The notes below the pieces were generated by a model. The model was not told where the DNA came from, made no database searches, and worked only from the letters and a program-made list of their open reading frames with translations. Positions 55,519 through 64,000 of a stretch of DNA of 64,000 bases are shown in pieces; the stretch's first letter is position 1, and the number at the start of each line of letters is the position of its first letter. A program made the translations under genes and the position numbers. The DNA comes from an uncultured Candidatus Saccharibacteria bacterium (GTDB taxonomy: Bacteria > Patescibacteriota > UBA1384 > CAILIB01 > JAUSJZ01). Where the stretch lies: NCBI GenBank assembly GCA_964421635.1, contig CAYQWZ010000004.1, forward strand, positions 15,652 to 79,651. Direction: 5' to 3'.

Positions 55519-57099
55519 CTAGCTGTCCAAAAGCTCAGTCTTGGTACTGACTGCTTTTTTGGTTACTCTAAAGCCCATCTCTTTGCCTAGCATTAATCTG
55601 GTGTGTGCATCTAGCGACGGCACCGAAGCGGCCAAGATAACAGACAGTGGAATTTGAATTGGCACCAAAATATAATCCCAAAGCACATAGAGCTTTGACC
55701 ATTTCTTATTCTCTTTCTTTGGTGGAATTATTATAATTGATAAAACTGCACTTAAAAATAATCCTATTAAGGCAAAACGCAACGCATAGCTATAATAGAG
55801 CTGAAAGTTTAGGCCAACCACAGTTTGTGTAACATTGGTCATTAAAATTGGTACCCAGCCAATAATACCAAGCAATATTGAGCTCGTTGCCAAAGAGAAA
55901 TGGCCGTCAAGATGGCGTAAAATATCTACCAGTACTCGGAAATTTCTATTCTTTTTTTCGGTTAAGAAATGGGTCATAGCATAAGGAAAGTCGGAAACAC
56001 CGTAGTGCCAGCGGCGGCGTTGCAGATACTGCTCTTTTAGCGTATCCCAGAAGCTATCAGTCAGCACTGCGTCTGAATAAACAGGCATTAAAACCATTTT
56101 TACTGTGTAGTCGGGCCCAAATTCGAATAAACTCCGCCAGTACTGCTGCCCATCTTCTACAATGCTGCTAGGAGAATAAAAGTCTGTTTTTACTAAAGCG
56201 CTTAAGGTTTGAGTTTGGGTCATCACATTATGCAGCCTTGATGTCCATACAGATGTGGTCATCATCCAAAATGAACTTGAAAAGTGAATGAACCTAACCG
56301 GTGAGGGAACATCCCAAATATTATTGAAGAACAAAGCCACCGAAACATAGCAAGATTTTTCAGCATCAGGGTCTTGCACAAATTTATATGTCAGAGCCGA
56401 TAAGTATTCAGGATGCAGCCTATGGTCAGCATCAATTGATGTAACTAAAGTCTTTTTAAAATCGATCTTGTTTTTCTTTATATAGTCACGCACTATGCGA
56501 CCAGCCCAAGAGATGTTTGTTCCCTTTCCTTTGACCTCCCCTTCTATTCCATCTGGATGTTCCGTAATAATGAAATCCTTAAAATGTGAACCGTATTTTT
56601 TCTTTAACTGATTGGCGATTTGATTGGCATTATCATGATCTCTACCCTCAGTGGCTAAAACAAAAATAATTTGTTCTTTAGGAAATGTGGTCTTCGATAA
56701 CATGTCTAGGGCACGAGCCAGAGTTTCATACTCTTCTTTATAGGTAGCTGCCAAAATAACATGATAAACTTCTTTCGATTTTTCAAAGGCTTGTTTGTCC
56801 GCCTGTAATACTGCTTGCCATTTAGTGTTCATACTTCTCACGAAAGGAAGGTAAGCGCGCAATAAATAAAATGAGAAACGGATAGCCCTAAGTAGCCAAG
56901 AAGTAACATATATTAACATGAATATGGCTACCCACACTGGTTTTACAAAAGCCAATAAAATTAGACCAAGAATTGAACCCCAAACTAATAACCCTGGAAT
57001 TATTTCAAGCACTCGATACAAAACAAAATACTGACGCTTAAATTGCTCATCGCGTTTAACAGATTGTTGGGCTTCTTTTAAATAAATACTAGACTGCAT
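55519..57099 (-). CDS. processive family-2 glycosyltransferase (cellulose/PNAG synthase-like), polytopic
   Basis: GT2 motifs VLATEGRD and TSIDADHRL (DxD region), plus QRRRWHYG (QxxRW), flanked by N- and C-terminal TM bundles. Confidence 0.8.
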   Translation of the reverse strand: MQSSIYLKEAQQSVKRDEQFKRQYFVLYRVLEIIPGLLVWGSILGLILLAFVKPVWVAIFMLIYVTSWLLRAIRFSFYLLRAYLPFVRSMNTKWQAVLQADKQAFEKSKEVYHVILAATYKEEYETLARALDMLSKTTFPKEQIIFVLATEGRDHDNANQIANQLKKKYGSHFKDFIITEHPDGIEGEVKGKGTNISWAGRIVRDYIKKNKIDFKKTLVTSIDADHRLHPEYLSALTYKFVQDPDAEKSCYVSVALFFNNIWDVPSPVRFIHFSSSFWMMTTSVWTSRLHNVMTQTQTLSALVKTDFYSPSSIVEDGQQYWRSLFEFGPDYTVKMVLMPVYSDAVLTDSFWDTLKEQYLQRRRWHYGVSDFPYAMTHFLTEKKNRNFRVLVDILRHLDGHFSLATSSILLGIIGWVPILMTNVTQTVVGLNFQLYYSYALRFALIGLFLSAVLSIIIIPPKKENKKWSKLYVLWDYILVPIQIPLSVILAASVPSLDAHTRLMLGKEMGFRVTKKAVSTKTELLDS

Positions 57100-57496
57100 A
57101 GTTCACTTCCCCTAATCTACTCACAATCAAAGATAATACAAGAGATGAGTAAATTAATGAGAAATAAATAATAATAGATAATCTTGGTGAGGTTCTACCT
57201 ACAGTATAAGCGATAATATGACCAAAAATTACTAAAACTAAGTATAGGTTAGAAGGATTAAAGCTTCGAGCAGTAATTGCTAAAATTTCAGCCGAAAGGT
57301 TTGATTCAAGGCTTTTTATATAAATATAAATGCCGAAATGTAGCAAGGCGCTAATTGGTAAAATATATAAATTTTTTTCTGTAAGCTTCATCTTGGCCAT
57401 CATAGCAAAAATTTGCCTCTCGAAGAGGAATTTTGTCTTGACATAATTGTATTGATCTGCTATTCTTGGCACGCACTTGAACAACCTGCGGCCCAA
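57089..57496 (-). CDS. hypothetical small membrane protein
   Basis: 135 aa with three hydrophobic helices. It overlaps the GT2 gene start. Confidence 0.35.
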   Translation of the reverse strand: MGRRLFKCVPRIADQYNYVKTKFLFERQIFAMMAKMKLTEKNLYILPISALLHFGIYIYIKSLESNLSAEILAITARSFNPSNLYLVLVIFGHIIAYTVGRTSPRLSIIIYFSLIYSSLVLSLIVSRLGEVNYAV

Positions 57497-57516
57497 CTAG
57501 GGCAAGGAGAGTCGTC

Positions 57517-58974
57517 GTGATTGCATACATCAGTAGAGTCGAGGAACGCGACCCCGCAAAGTGGCTCATTGTTACTCATCATGCACCAGATTGGGACGCA
57601 ATCGCTGCTGTCACCATGTTAAATTTCTTAGGTGATAGGCAGTGGCCAGGCATTTTTGATGCCGAAGTCACCTTTAATGGTGATGGCGGCCAGAACATGT
57701 CGGGAGTAACGGAAGAAGAGCTTCTAGCCGATAAGATTCTGCATGTTGATTTCGGTGGTGGCCGCTACGATCACCATGCACATGGCGGAAGCGAAGAGAA
57801 AGTCGGCCAGTGTGCGACCTCTTTAGTTGTCGGACACTTGAACAGCACGGTTCATGTGGCCTGTCCTCACCTGCACGATTTGGTTGAGTACACGCTAGCA
57901 GTCGACAGCAACGGCTGTAGCGAAGATGAGATGCCCTTTTTCATTGATCGTCTGTTCAGACAGGCTGGCAACAGCGAGCTCATTCAGGCAGCCTTTGATA
58001 TCGCCCTCTGGGCAATCAGCTGCTTTGTTTGTTCGACCCCAATATCTGTTGAGTTCGAATGGCAGCCTTTCGTCGAAGAGTTCAGCGGTGACGACACCGA
58101 CATGATTAACTTCCTTCAGCAAGTAACACCGGAAAATCCGGGAACGCATTCTTTGGTCATGTATTTGGCCAGAATGTGGAAAATGTCAAGAGAAGAAGGA
58201 AGTCGCGAAAGAGTATACGCTATCGCTCAAACCTTCATGACATCCTATAACCAAGAGCAGATAGAGCTGCTGGAAACCGCCAAAGCGGATTTCGCTCGAG
58301 CGAAGATCTGGACACATGGCTCAGGGAAGAAGCAGATCACCGTCGCCTTCGTGCGAAGCGATTGTCCGATGCTTGGCAGACACGCCAAGAGTCGGCAAGG
58401 TGGTGACTGTACCGTCTTTGTCCAAGAGTTCACAACCGGTAGAGTCATTGTTTTCATTAACAGGCGACATCAGAATCGAATCAATGTTGCTGATGTGGTC
58501 AAGGCAGTCCGTTGGAATGAACTAGTGGCTAAAGCTGAGCAACTTGGTGAGCCAATGCCCGAGCTCATACCAGCGAAAAAGCTGGGTGGCCCCGGACGAC
58601 TTGAAGGCGAAGTGTGTTGGTGGTTCGACCAGAACACCCTCACTCTTCTCAATGGTGGCATCAAACACCCCGAAACCCCTCTGACTCGCTTAGGAGGTGA
58701 AAGAGTGTTTGAGATTGTAGTTCAGGCACTTGACCATGACTACTTTCCACCCGACTTCGCTACTTCCTGTCGTAAGGGTGAATGCCGTCATAGCAGAAGG
58801 GAAAATTGTCCCCTCTTCAACTGGCAGCTTAACCACTGCATTTCTGTCCGCCATAACGACCCCAATTGGAATAAGTCAGCTCAAACTCCAACGCCTCCAC
58901 CGCAAGATCAAGCGACACAACAGTCAACCCCAACGCAAATTCCTACTACCGTCATCAGAAAAGGTAGATGGTAA
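57517..58974 (+). CDS. DHH-family phosphoesterase-like protein (GC-elevated gene)
   Basis: DHH motifs I and II (VTHHAPDWDAIAAV) and motif III (RYDHHAHGG). The codon composition is visibly GC-richer than its neighbours. Confidence 0.55.
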   Translation: MIAYISRVEERDPAKWLIVTHHAPDWDAIAAVTMLNFLGDRQWPGIFDAEVTFNGDGGQNMSGVTEEELLADKILHVDFGGGRYDHHAHGGSEEKVGQCATSLVVGHLNSTVHVACPHLHDLVEYTLAVDSNGCSEDEMPFFIDRLFRQAGNSELIQAAFDIALWAISCFVCSTPISVEFEWQPFVEEFSGDDTDMINFLQQVTPENPGTHSLVMYLARMWKMSREEGSRERVYAIAQTFMTSYNQEQIELLETAKADFARAKIWTHGSGKKQITVAFVRSDCPMLGRHAKSRQGGDCTVFVQEFTTGRVIVFINRRHQNRINVADVVKAVRWNELVAKAEQLGEPMPELIPAKKLGGPGRLEGEVCWWFDQNTLTLLNGGIKHPETPLTRLGGERVFEIVVQALDHDYFPPDFATSCRKGECRHSRRENCPLFNWQLNHCISVRHNDPNWNKSAQTPTPPPQDQATQQSTPTQIPTTVIRKGRW

Positions 58975-58980
58975 ACCATC

Positions 58981-59020
58981 GAAGCCCCGGCCTCCGGCCG
59001 GGGCTTCCTCATATATATTT
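58981..59020 (+). terminator. GC hairpin after the DHH gene
   Basis: GAAGCCCCGGCC-TCC-GGCCGGGGCTTC, a 12-bp stem. The downstream tract (CTCATATATATTT) is only weakly T-rich. Confidence 0.45.
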
Positions 59021-59037
59021 GATATTGTATAAAAGAT

Positions 59038-59113
59038 GCCACCGTAGCTCAGTTGATAGAGCAACACATTCGTAACGTGTAGGTCGGCGGTTTGAATCCG
59101 CCCGGTGGCTCCA
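59038..59113 (+). tRNA. tRNA-Thr (anticodon CGT)
   Basis: Acceptor GCCACCG/CGGTGGC, anticodon loop TTCGTAA, T-arm GGCGGTTTGAATCCGCC, and CCA encoded. Confidence 0.8.
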
Positions 59114-59170
59114 AAAAAACAAAAAAACCGCCCTTTCGAGCGGATTTTTTGTACTCTTACGAGTGAAAAC

Positions 59171-60556
59171 TTACCAACGCTTATCTTTGTCGTCGTCTTT
59201 ATCAGACTTAACAGTGGTAGTTACTTCTTCAGGTCCTGAGAACCAGTAGAAATACCCGCCAGTGGCAATACCTGCCAAGATAATTAGAATTGCTAGGATT
59301 ACCCAAGGAGTTGCACTTGCTTCTTCTTCGGTAGCTGCTTGATCAGCTTCATCTACTACTACTTCAGCGGTAGTATCTTCGTCACCGATAACAGTTGAGC
59401 TAGAAGGAGTATCAACAATTGCATTATCTGTTGTACCAGCTTCTGCATCAACGCTTTCTGTAGTTTCACCATTTACAACTGCTTCACCGTTTGTAACTGT
59501 TTCACCAGCAACGGCTGTTTCACCGTCTACTTTGCCTGTTACAGGATTAATAACATCTCCTCCGACATTTGCAGGAATCGGAACAGCAACTTTGGTCTCT
59601 GGACCTGGGCCAACTTTAGTTCCAAGTGTTCGAATAGTTGTTCCCACCCATACTCCGACATTTCCATATTCATCTACAGGAGCCACTCTAATGTCGTACG
59701 CCCTACCAGCTTCAAGATTAAACAGCTCTGGTGTAGTTGAAGATGTAACAATCTTGGCACTCCAGATTGAACCGTTAGCATGCTTGTACTCTACGCGGTA
59801 CCAACGGGCAGACGCTGGGCCAGCATAATCTAAGCTAATTCTGTCTGAAGCATAAGCAGTAGCGTGAAAAGCGGTAACTGCATTAGCTAAATCAATGCTA
59901 TTTTCAACCCGCGCTGCAATACTTCTATTGCCGTGAGCATCGATAGCTACTACCCAAATGGCAGCGTTCTCATTATCACCAACTTGAATTGGTCCCCATT
60001 CTCCAGTATCTGTAGCATTAGTGGAAGCCACTAATGTTTTAAGCGCAGCATCTGAGAAGACTTCTACTCTAGCATAGGCTTCTACTGAATCTATTAAACC
60101 TTGCACTTCATCAAAATCTGGTGTTTGGGCCTCGTTAACATAAATCTTGTCTGTTTTAGGAGCAGCAGGGGCATTACCGTCATATTCTACGGCAGCTTCT
60201 GTAATATTGGTACTTGGCTCAACTTGGCCATCACGAGTAGTAGCTACTGCGTAGAATGAATATCGACCGTCACCGAAAGGTTCTAGGTCAATGGTCAATT
60301 CTGCATTAAGATTGTAGGTCCGCTTCTGTTTGACAAAAGGACCGTCATCTTTCCTCATATATAGGTCGATATAATCTACCTCTGACCCGTTCACACTACT
60401 TCCTAAATAATCAAATGTAATTACTACATTTGGATCAGTTGTCATTGCTGGCAACTTGTTTACGTTCGAATAAGGGGCAGCACTAGCAGTTGAACCAACC
60501 ATTAAGATGGCAGCCGCTAAAACAGCACCTTGAAACATTTTTTTGAATAGTTTCAT
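59171..60556 (-). CDS. cell-surface protein with fibronectin-III-like domain and C-terminal transmembrane anchor (GC-elevated gene)
   Basis: Signal peptide, FN3-like segment (RWYRVEYKHANGSIWSAKIV..AYDIRVAPVDEYGNVG), Thr/Val/Glu-rich linker, and a C-terminal hydrophobic helix (WVILAILIILAGIATGGYFYWF) with a charged tail. Confidence 0.5.
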   Translation of the reverse strand: MKLFKKMFQGAVLAAAILMVGSTASAAPYSNVNKLPAMTTDPNVVITFDYLGSSVNGSEVDYIDLYMRKDDGPFVKQKRTYNLNAELTIDLEPFGDGRYSFYAVATTRDGQVEPSTNITEAAVEYDGNAPAAPKTDKIYVNEAQTPDFDEVQGLIDSVEAYARVEVFSDAALKTLVASTNATDTGEWGPIQVGDNENAAIWVVAIDAHGNRSIAARVENSIDLANAVTAFHATAYASDRISLDYAGPASARWYRVEYKHANGSIWSAKIVTSSTTPELFNLEAGRAYDIRVAPVDEYGNVGVWVGTTIRTLGTKVGPGPETKVAVPIPANVGGDVINPVTGKVDGETAVAGETVTNGEAVVNGETTESVDAEAGTTDNAIVDTPSSSTVIGDEDTTAEVVVDEADQAATEEEASATPWVILAILIILAGIATGGYFYWFSGPEEVTTTVKSDKDDDKDKRW

Positions 60557-60806
60557 AATTTATTTCCTCCGTTATTAATTGTTAAGTTACTATTGCGGGA
60601 TTCTATCAACTAGCTAAACCCATAGCTGGTTTTAGTAACCATAGGCTAGTAATTCAAGTCTGTAAGCTGTGTTGCATATCTTCCCTGTCCTCAACGATAC
60701 CTTGAGAGCGGATATTGTCAAATGTGGAAAATTATTGTAAAAAGTATGAAAGTTTATGAACTTATTGAATTGAAGGCGGAACTATTGATAATGGTATACT
60801 AAATTC

Positions 60807-61808
60807 ATGAGCAAAGTGGTATTAACTAATCCTCAATATATAGATTCTAAAGAGAAAATTGAGGATAAATCGTTGCGTCCAGATAAACTCCAATCTTATA
60901 TTGGTCAAGAAATTATAAAAGAGAATGTTCAAATTTTAATTGAAGCTGCCAAAGTCCGCCAGCAAAGCATGGATCACATCCTATTCTACGGCCCTCCAGG
61001 ACTTGGCAAAACCACCTTAGCCTACATTATTGCTAACGAGTTAGGGGTACCTTTAAAAATCACTTCCGGCCCTGCCTTAGAGCGCACCGGAGATCTAGTA
61101 GCCCTACTAACAAATCTCAAACCAAAAAGCATTCTTTTTATTGACGAGACTCATCGCATCAAGAGACCCCTAGAGGAAATTTTATACCCAGCTATGGAAG
61201 ATGGCAAAGTTGATGTCGTTTTAGGTAAGGGGCCAGGCGCAAAATCTGTGCAACTCAAATTACCACCTTTTACTTTAATAGGAGCCACCACCCGCTTGGG
61301 TTCTATCTCTAGCCCCCTGCGCGACAGATTCGGCTCTCATCTTCATTTAGAGTTTTACAATCAAGAAGAAATTATTCAGGTATTAGCCAACTCTGCAGCC
61401 AGAATGAAGTTATCTATTGGGCCTAGTGAGCTTGAATATATCGCTAAAAGAAGCCGTCAAACTCCCCGCATAGCCAATCGCCTACTGCGCCGAGTCAGCG
61501 ATTACTGCTTAGCCAAAAATCGATCTTTAAATATAAAAGTGGAAGATGTCAAAAAAACCCTGAGGTTGCTTAAAATAAATGAAGAAGGATTAAACAGCTT
61601 AGACTCAAAATACCTAGCTGCTTTGGCTCTTTACAGCGAAACTCATCCGGCTGGCTTAACAACACTAGCGGCCACCCTAAACGAAGAGAAAGAGACCTTG
61701 CAAGATGTAGTTGAGCCTTATCTGTTACAAAAAGGATTAATTCAAAAAACCCCTCGCGGTCGCTTAATCACCCCAAGAGGTCTAATTATCAATCAACAAG
61801 CAAATTGA
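60807..61808 (+). CDS. ruvB: Holliday junction branch-migration ATPase RuvB
   Basis: LRPDKLQSYIGQE, Walker A GPPGLGKTTLA, Walker B LFIDETHR, sensor and winged-helix regions. Confidence 0.95.
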   Translation: MSKVVLTNPQYIDSKEKIEDKSLRPDKLQSYIGQEIIKENVQILIEAAKVRQQSMDHILFYGPPGLGKTTLAYIIANELGVPLKITSGPALERTGDLVALLTNLKPKSILFIDETHRIKRPLEEILYPAMEDGKVDVVLGKGPGAKSVQLKLPPFTLIGATTRLGSISSPLRDRFGSHLHLEFYNQEEIIQVLANSAARMKLSIGPSELEYIAKRSRQTPRIANRLLRRVSDYCLAKNRSLNIKVEDVKKTLRLLKINEEGLNSLDSKYLAALALYSETHPAGLTTLAATLNEEKETLQDVVEPYLLQKGLIQKTPRGRLITPRGLIINQQAN

Positions 61809-61835
61809 CTTATTATCTGGTAAGCTGAATGAAAT

Positions 61836-62081
61836 ATGATCTGGCCAATAGTTGTTTTTACTGTTATGTTTTTGGTGCTTTCCGCTTTTTTGGTAGCCGT
61901 TTCTTTTCATGTCTTTCGTTATCGCTATAACAACGATGCTTCTGTGTTTATCTTTGTCACTCTAACCATTATCTATTTATTAACCGCCATTTTAATTTTC
62001 GTGGTCTTTAAATACAGCAATCCTACAGTTTCTAACCAAAGCACCTTCTCTAATTTCAAAACTATAAATAAAAACCTATGA
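61836..62081 (+). CDS. hypothetical small membrane protein
   Basis: 81 aa with two hydrophobic helices. Confidence 0.3.
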   Translation: MIWPIVVFTVMFLVLSAFLVAVSFHVFRYRYNNDASVFIFVTLTIIYLLTAILIFVVFKYSNPTVSNQSTFSNFKTINKNL

Positions 62082-62767
62082 ACGAAATAAGATCTGCTTT
62101 CCAAGGCCAAGACGAAGATGAGCCAGTTTTTATCTTCTTACGCAGATTCTATTTAGCCTTTCTGCCGTTCTTTTTAATTATTTTAGTAATGATTGTTATA
62201 GGATTAGTAATGATTTATTTGACTTTATTTAATCTCAGACATAATCCTTCTATATCTGCGACTGTCTATAACTGGGCTGTGGCAGCGTCGGGAACTTTTG
62301 TCTTATTCTCACTTATATTCGCTATTGTCGCTTGGTTCGATTTTTACTTTGACATTCATGTCGTCACAGACAGACGAGTGGTAGATATTAACCAAAACAG
62401 ATTATTCTATCGAGATATTAGTGAATTGAACCTTGAAGATATTGAGGATGTCTCTGTTAGTTACGCCGGTATTTTAAAAACGCTGTTTAATTACGGGGAT
62501 ATTGAGATACAAACGGCTGGTGCGAGAAATAACTTTCACTTTCCAGATATTGCTAATCCGCGAGAAGTAGCCGGTGTTATTTCAGATTTAGCGGAGCAAG
62601 CTAAAAGAGGTGTCACTGAAAATTACCGTTTTCCACAATCTGATATTAAAGGAGTTATTAACAACAAGGTTATTCGTTCCCGTAAAGGATTAGTAAGCAT
62701 CGGCGCTTTGCGACCAGATGAAAAAGTGGACGCCGAAGAGCAAGTAAAAGACAGGTCTCATGTCTAA
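62078..62767 (+). CDS. membrane protein with bacterial PH (bPH_2/YdbT-like) domain
   Basis: Two TM helices followed by DRRVVDINQNRLFYRDISELNLEDIEDVSVSYAGILKTLFNYGDIEIQTAG, which is typical of bPH_2. Confidence 0.5.
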   Translation: MNEIRSAFQGQDEDEPVFIFLRRFYLAFLPFFLIILVMIVIGLVMIYLTLFNLRHNPSISATVYNWAVAASGTFVLFSLIFAIVAWFDFYFDIHVVTDRRVVDINQNRLFYRDISELNLEDIEDVSVSYAGILKTLFNYGDIEIQTAGARNNFHFPDIANPREVAGVISDLAEQAKRGVTENYRFPQSDIKGVINNKVIRSRKGLVSIGALRPDEKVDAEEQVKDRSHV

Positions 62768-63188
62768 TATTTATACAGAGAAAGCATTGTCGGGTTTAGC
62801 TTCAGACATTGCCGCCAAACTAAAGGGACACGAGAATATTTATTTATCAGGAGAATTAGGAGCTGGAAAAACTACTTTCACTAAAAAGCTGTTAGCTCAT
62901 TTAGGAGTCAAGAGTAGTGTTAAATCTCCTAGTTATCAGATAATTGATATCCATAATATTGATGACACAAAAAAAGTTGCTCACATAGATTTATATCGTC
63001 TAGACGACATCAACGATATTGCCATCTTAGGCTTAGAAGATATTTTAGATGACCAAAATACCATTGCAGTCATTGAATGGCCAGAAAGAGCAGAGCATTT
63101 ATTACCAGAACCAAATCATCATTTACATTTTACTCACCGCAGTCCCGACACCAGAACTATTGAGATTAATAATATAGATGATGAGTAA
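62760..63188 (+). CDS. tsaE: tRNA threonylcarbamoyladenosine biosynthesis protein TsaE
   Basis: P-loop LSGELGAGKTTFTKKL, the IDLYRL motif and the C-terminal EWPE motif. Confidence 0.85.
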   Translation: MSNIYTEKALSGLASDIAAKLKGHENIYLSGELGAGKTTFTKKLLAHLGVKSSVKSPSYQIIDIHNIDDTKKVAHIDLYRLDDINDIAILGLEDILDDQNTIAVIEWPERAEHLLPEPNHHLHFTHRSPDTRTIEINNIDDE

Positions 63189-63474
63189 ACCAATAAAAAT
63201 AATTTCGAATGAATCCATCTCTTTAGATGAATGGCGGGACAAATTATTAGGGACTATTGAGCCTAACTCTAAAATTGAACTTCAAATGCCTAAAGCCAGT
63301 TTTACCTTTACAAGAGCATTTTTAACTATTTTTAATATCATTGCTTCTGAAAGAAACTGCCAAATAAAGTTTTTCAACGAAAAAGAATTTAAGCCAGACT
63401 TCTTACTTCCCCACTACTCCCAAGATCCGAGTATCACTAAACCTAAAGGGTTTGCTGTAAATAAAACAAAATGA
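63178..63474 (+). CDS. hypothetical protein
   Basis: 98-aa ORF overlapping the tsaE end, with no motif. Confidence 0.3.
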   Translation: MMSKPIKIISNESISLDEWRDKLLGTIEPNSKIELQMPKASFTFTRAFLTIFNIIASERNCQIKFFNEKEFKPDFLLPHYSQDPSITKPKGFAVNKTK

Positions 63475-63565
63475 TAACTTAGCTTTATTGGACAAAATTA
63501 AAACCACCAAAATTCACCATTACGAAAAAGAGAAGGAGACTGGAGATAAGACAGTTGATGCCAAG

Positions 63566-64000
63566 ATGAAATTTAAGAACATTTTAAAAATTAATAAATG
63601 GAGTTTAACAACCAAAATTATTGCGGTTGTTATTTTAGTCTTTGGCCTATCTTCAATTACCTATTTCTTTGACTTAAAAAACAGTATTATTATTGCTCAC
63701 GAAGGAGAATCTGCACTCGCCTTATTAGCAGAAAGTTCCGACCAAATTGCTCAAAGCGGATTAGCCAGAGATGGTGATGCTCGAGTAAACATTTTAATTC
63801 TCGGTAAGGGCGGTGACTCTCACGCCGGCGGTAATCTAACTGATACAATTCAGGTTTTATCGTTAGATATTTTTAATAACACCGCATCAATGCTTAGTAT
63901 TCCTCGAGATTTTTATGTTGACAATGTTTATGGTACTAGCAAAATTAATGCTGTTTATGCCAATGCTAATGGTCAAAAGAAGGATTCCGGAGGCGCCGCC
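63566..64000 (+). CDS. LytR-CpsA-Psr (LCP) family protein, 3'-truncated by window end
   Basis: ATG at 63566, then an N-terminal TM helix and the LCP core ARVNILILGKGGDSHAGGNLTDTIQVLSLD...SIPRDFYV. The ORF runs off the window, so it is absent from the complete-ORF track. Confidence 0.7.
   Translation, partial: MKFKNILKINKWSLTTKIIAVVILVFGLSSITYFFDLKNSIIIAHEGESALALLAESSDQIAQSGLARDGDARVNILILGKGGDSHAGGNLTDTIQVLSLDIFNNTASMLSIPRDFYVDNVYGTSKINAVYANANGQKKDSGGAA

Noticed and set aside
1-64000. Alternative genetic code (UGA=Gly, code 25) as in some CPR lineages
   Set aside because: Long conserved proteins (UvrA 956 aa, HsdR 983 aa, ClpB, PBP1A) are full length under the standard code with no in-frame TGA. 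The single in-frame stop in hsdM is TAA, not TGA.

Overview
This is a low-GC (roughly 35-40% by eye) bacterial chromosome segment. Genes are tightly packed and often overlap, and several translation proteins (S16, KH protein, L25) carry charged low-complexity C-terminal tails. This architecture suggests a reduced-genome, possibly Patescibacteria/CPR-like organism, which is inference only. The standard genetic code is used, since the large housekeeping ORFs have no in-frame TGA.

Content, in brief:
- Housekeeping genes: uvrA, uvrB, bactofilin, infC-rpmI-rplT, lspA/lgt/lepB, der, def and fmt, rpsP-KH-trmD, a MiaB/RimO-like gene, thrS, glyA-folD, clpB, holA-like, smpB, rny, hup, yvcK, a class A PBP, LOG, a GT2 synthase, ruvB, tsaE and a partial LCP gene.
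- Stable RNAs: 11 tRNAs, including a Gly-His-Arg-Lys-Glu cluster, RNase P RNA (hidden under spurious ORF calls) and tmRNA next to smpB.
- Accessory content:
  - A minus-strand Type I restriction-modification operon: hsdM (interrupted by one in-frame TAA), hsdS, two small embedded ORFs, hsdR. It continues directly into a tandem-HEPN protein and a Cas4-like Fe-S nuclease.
  - A convergent two-gene CYTH cassette bracketed by 35-bp imperfect direct repeats.
  - A PIN toxin with a small upstream ORF.
  - An XRE-HTH/Hsp20 fusion regulator upstream of clpB.
  - A repeated 20-bp GC palindrome family near tRNAs.
  - A surface protein carrying identical 83-nt intragenic tandem repeats.

The most unusual features are two strongly GC-rich units without ORFs, about 950 nt between def and fmt and about 455 nt downstream of tmRNA. 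Each starts at a near-consensus TTGAC(A/T)-17-TAATGT promoter and ends at an intrinsic terminator. They are candidate large structured ncRNAs of unknown class.
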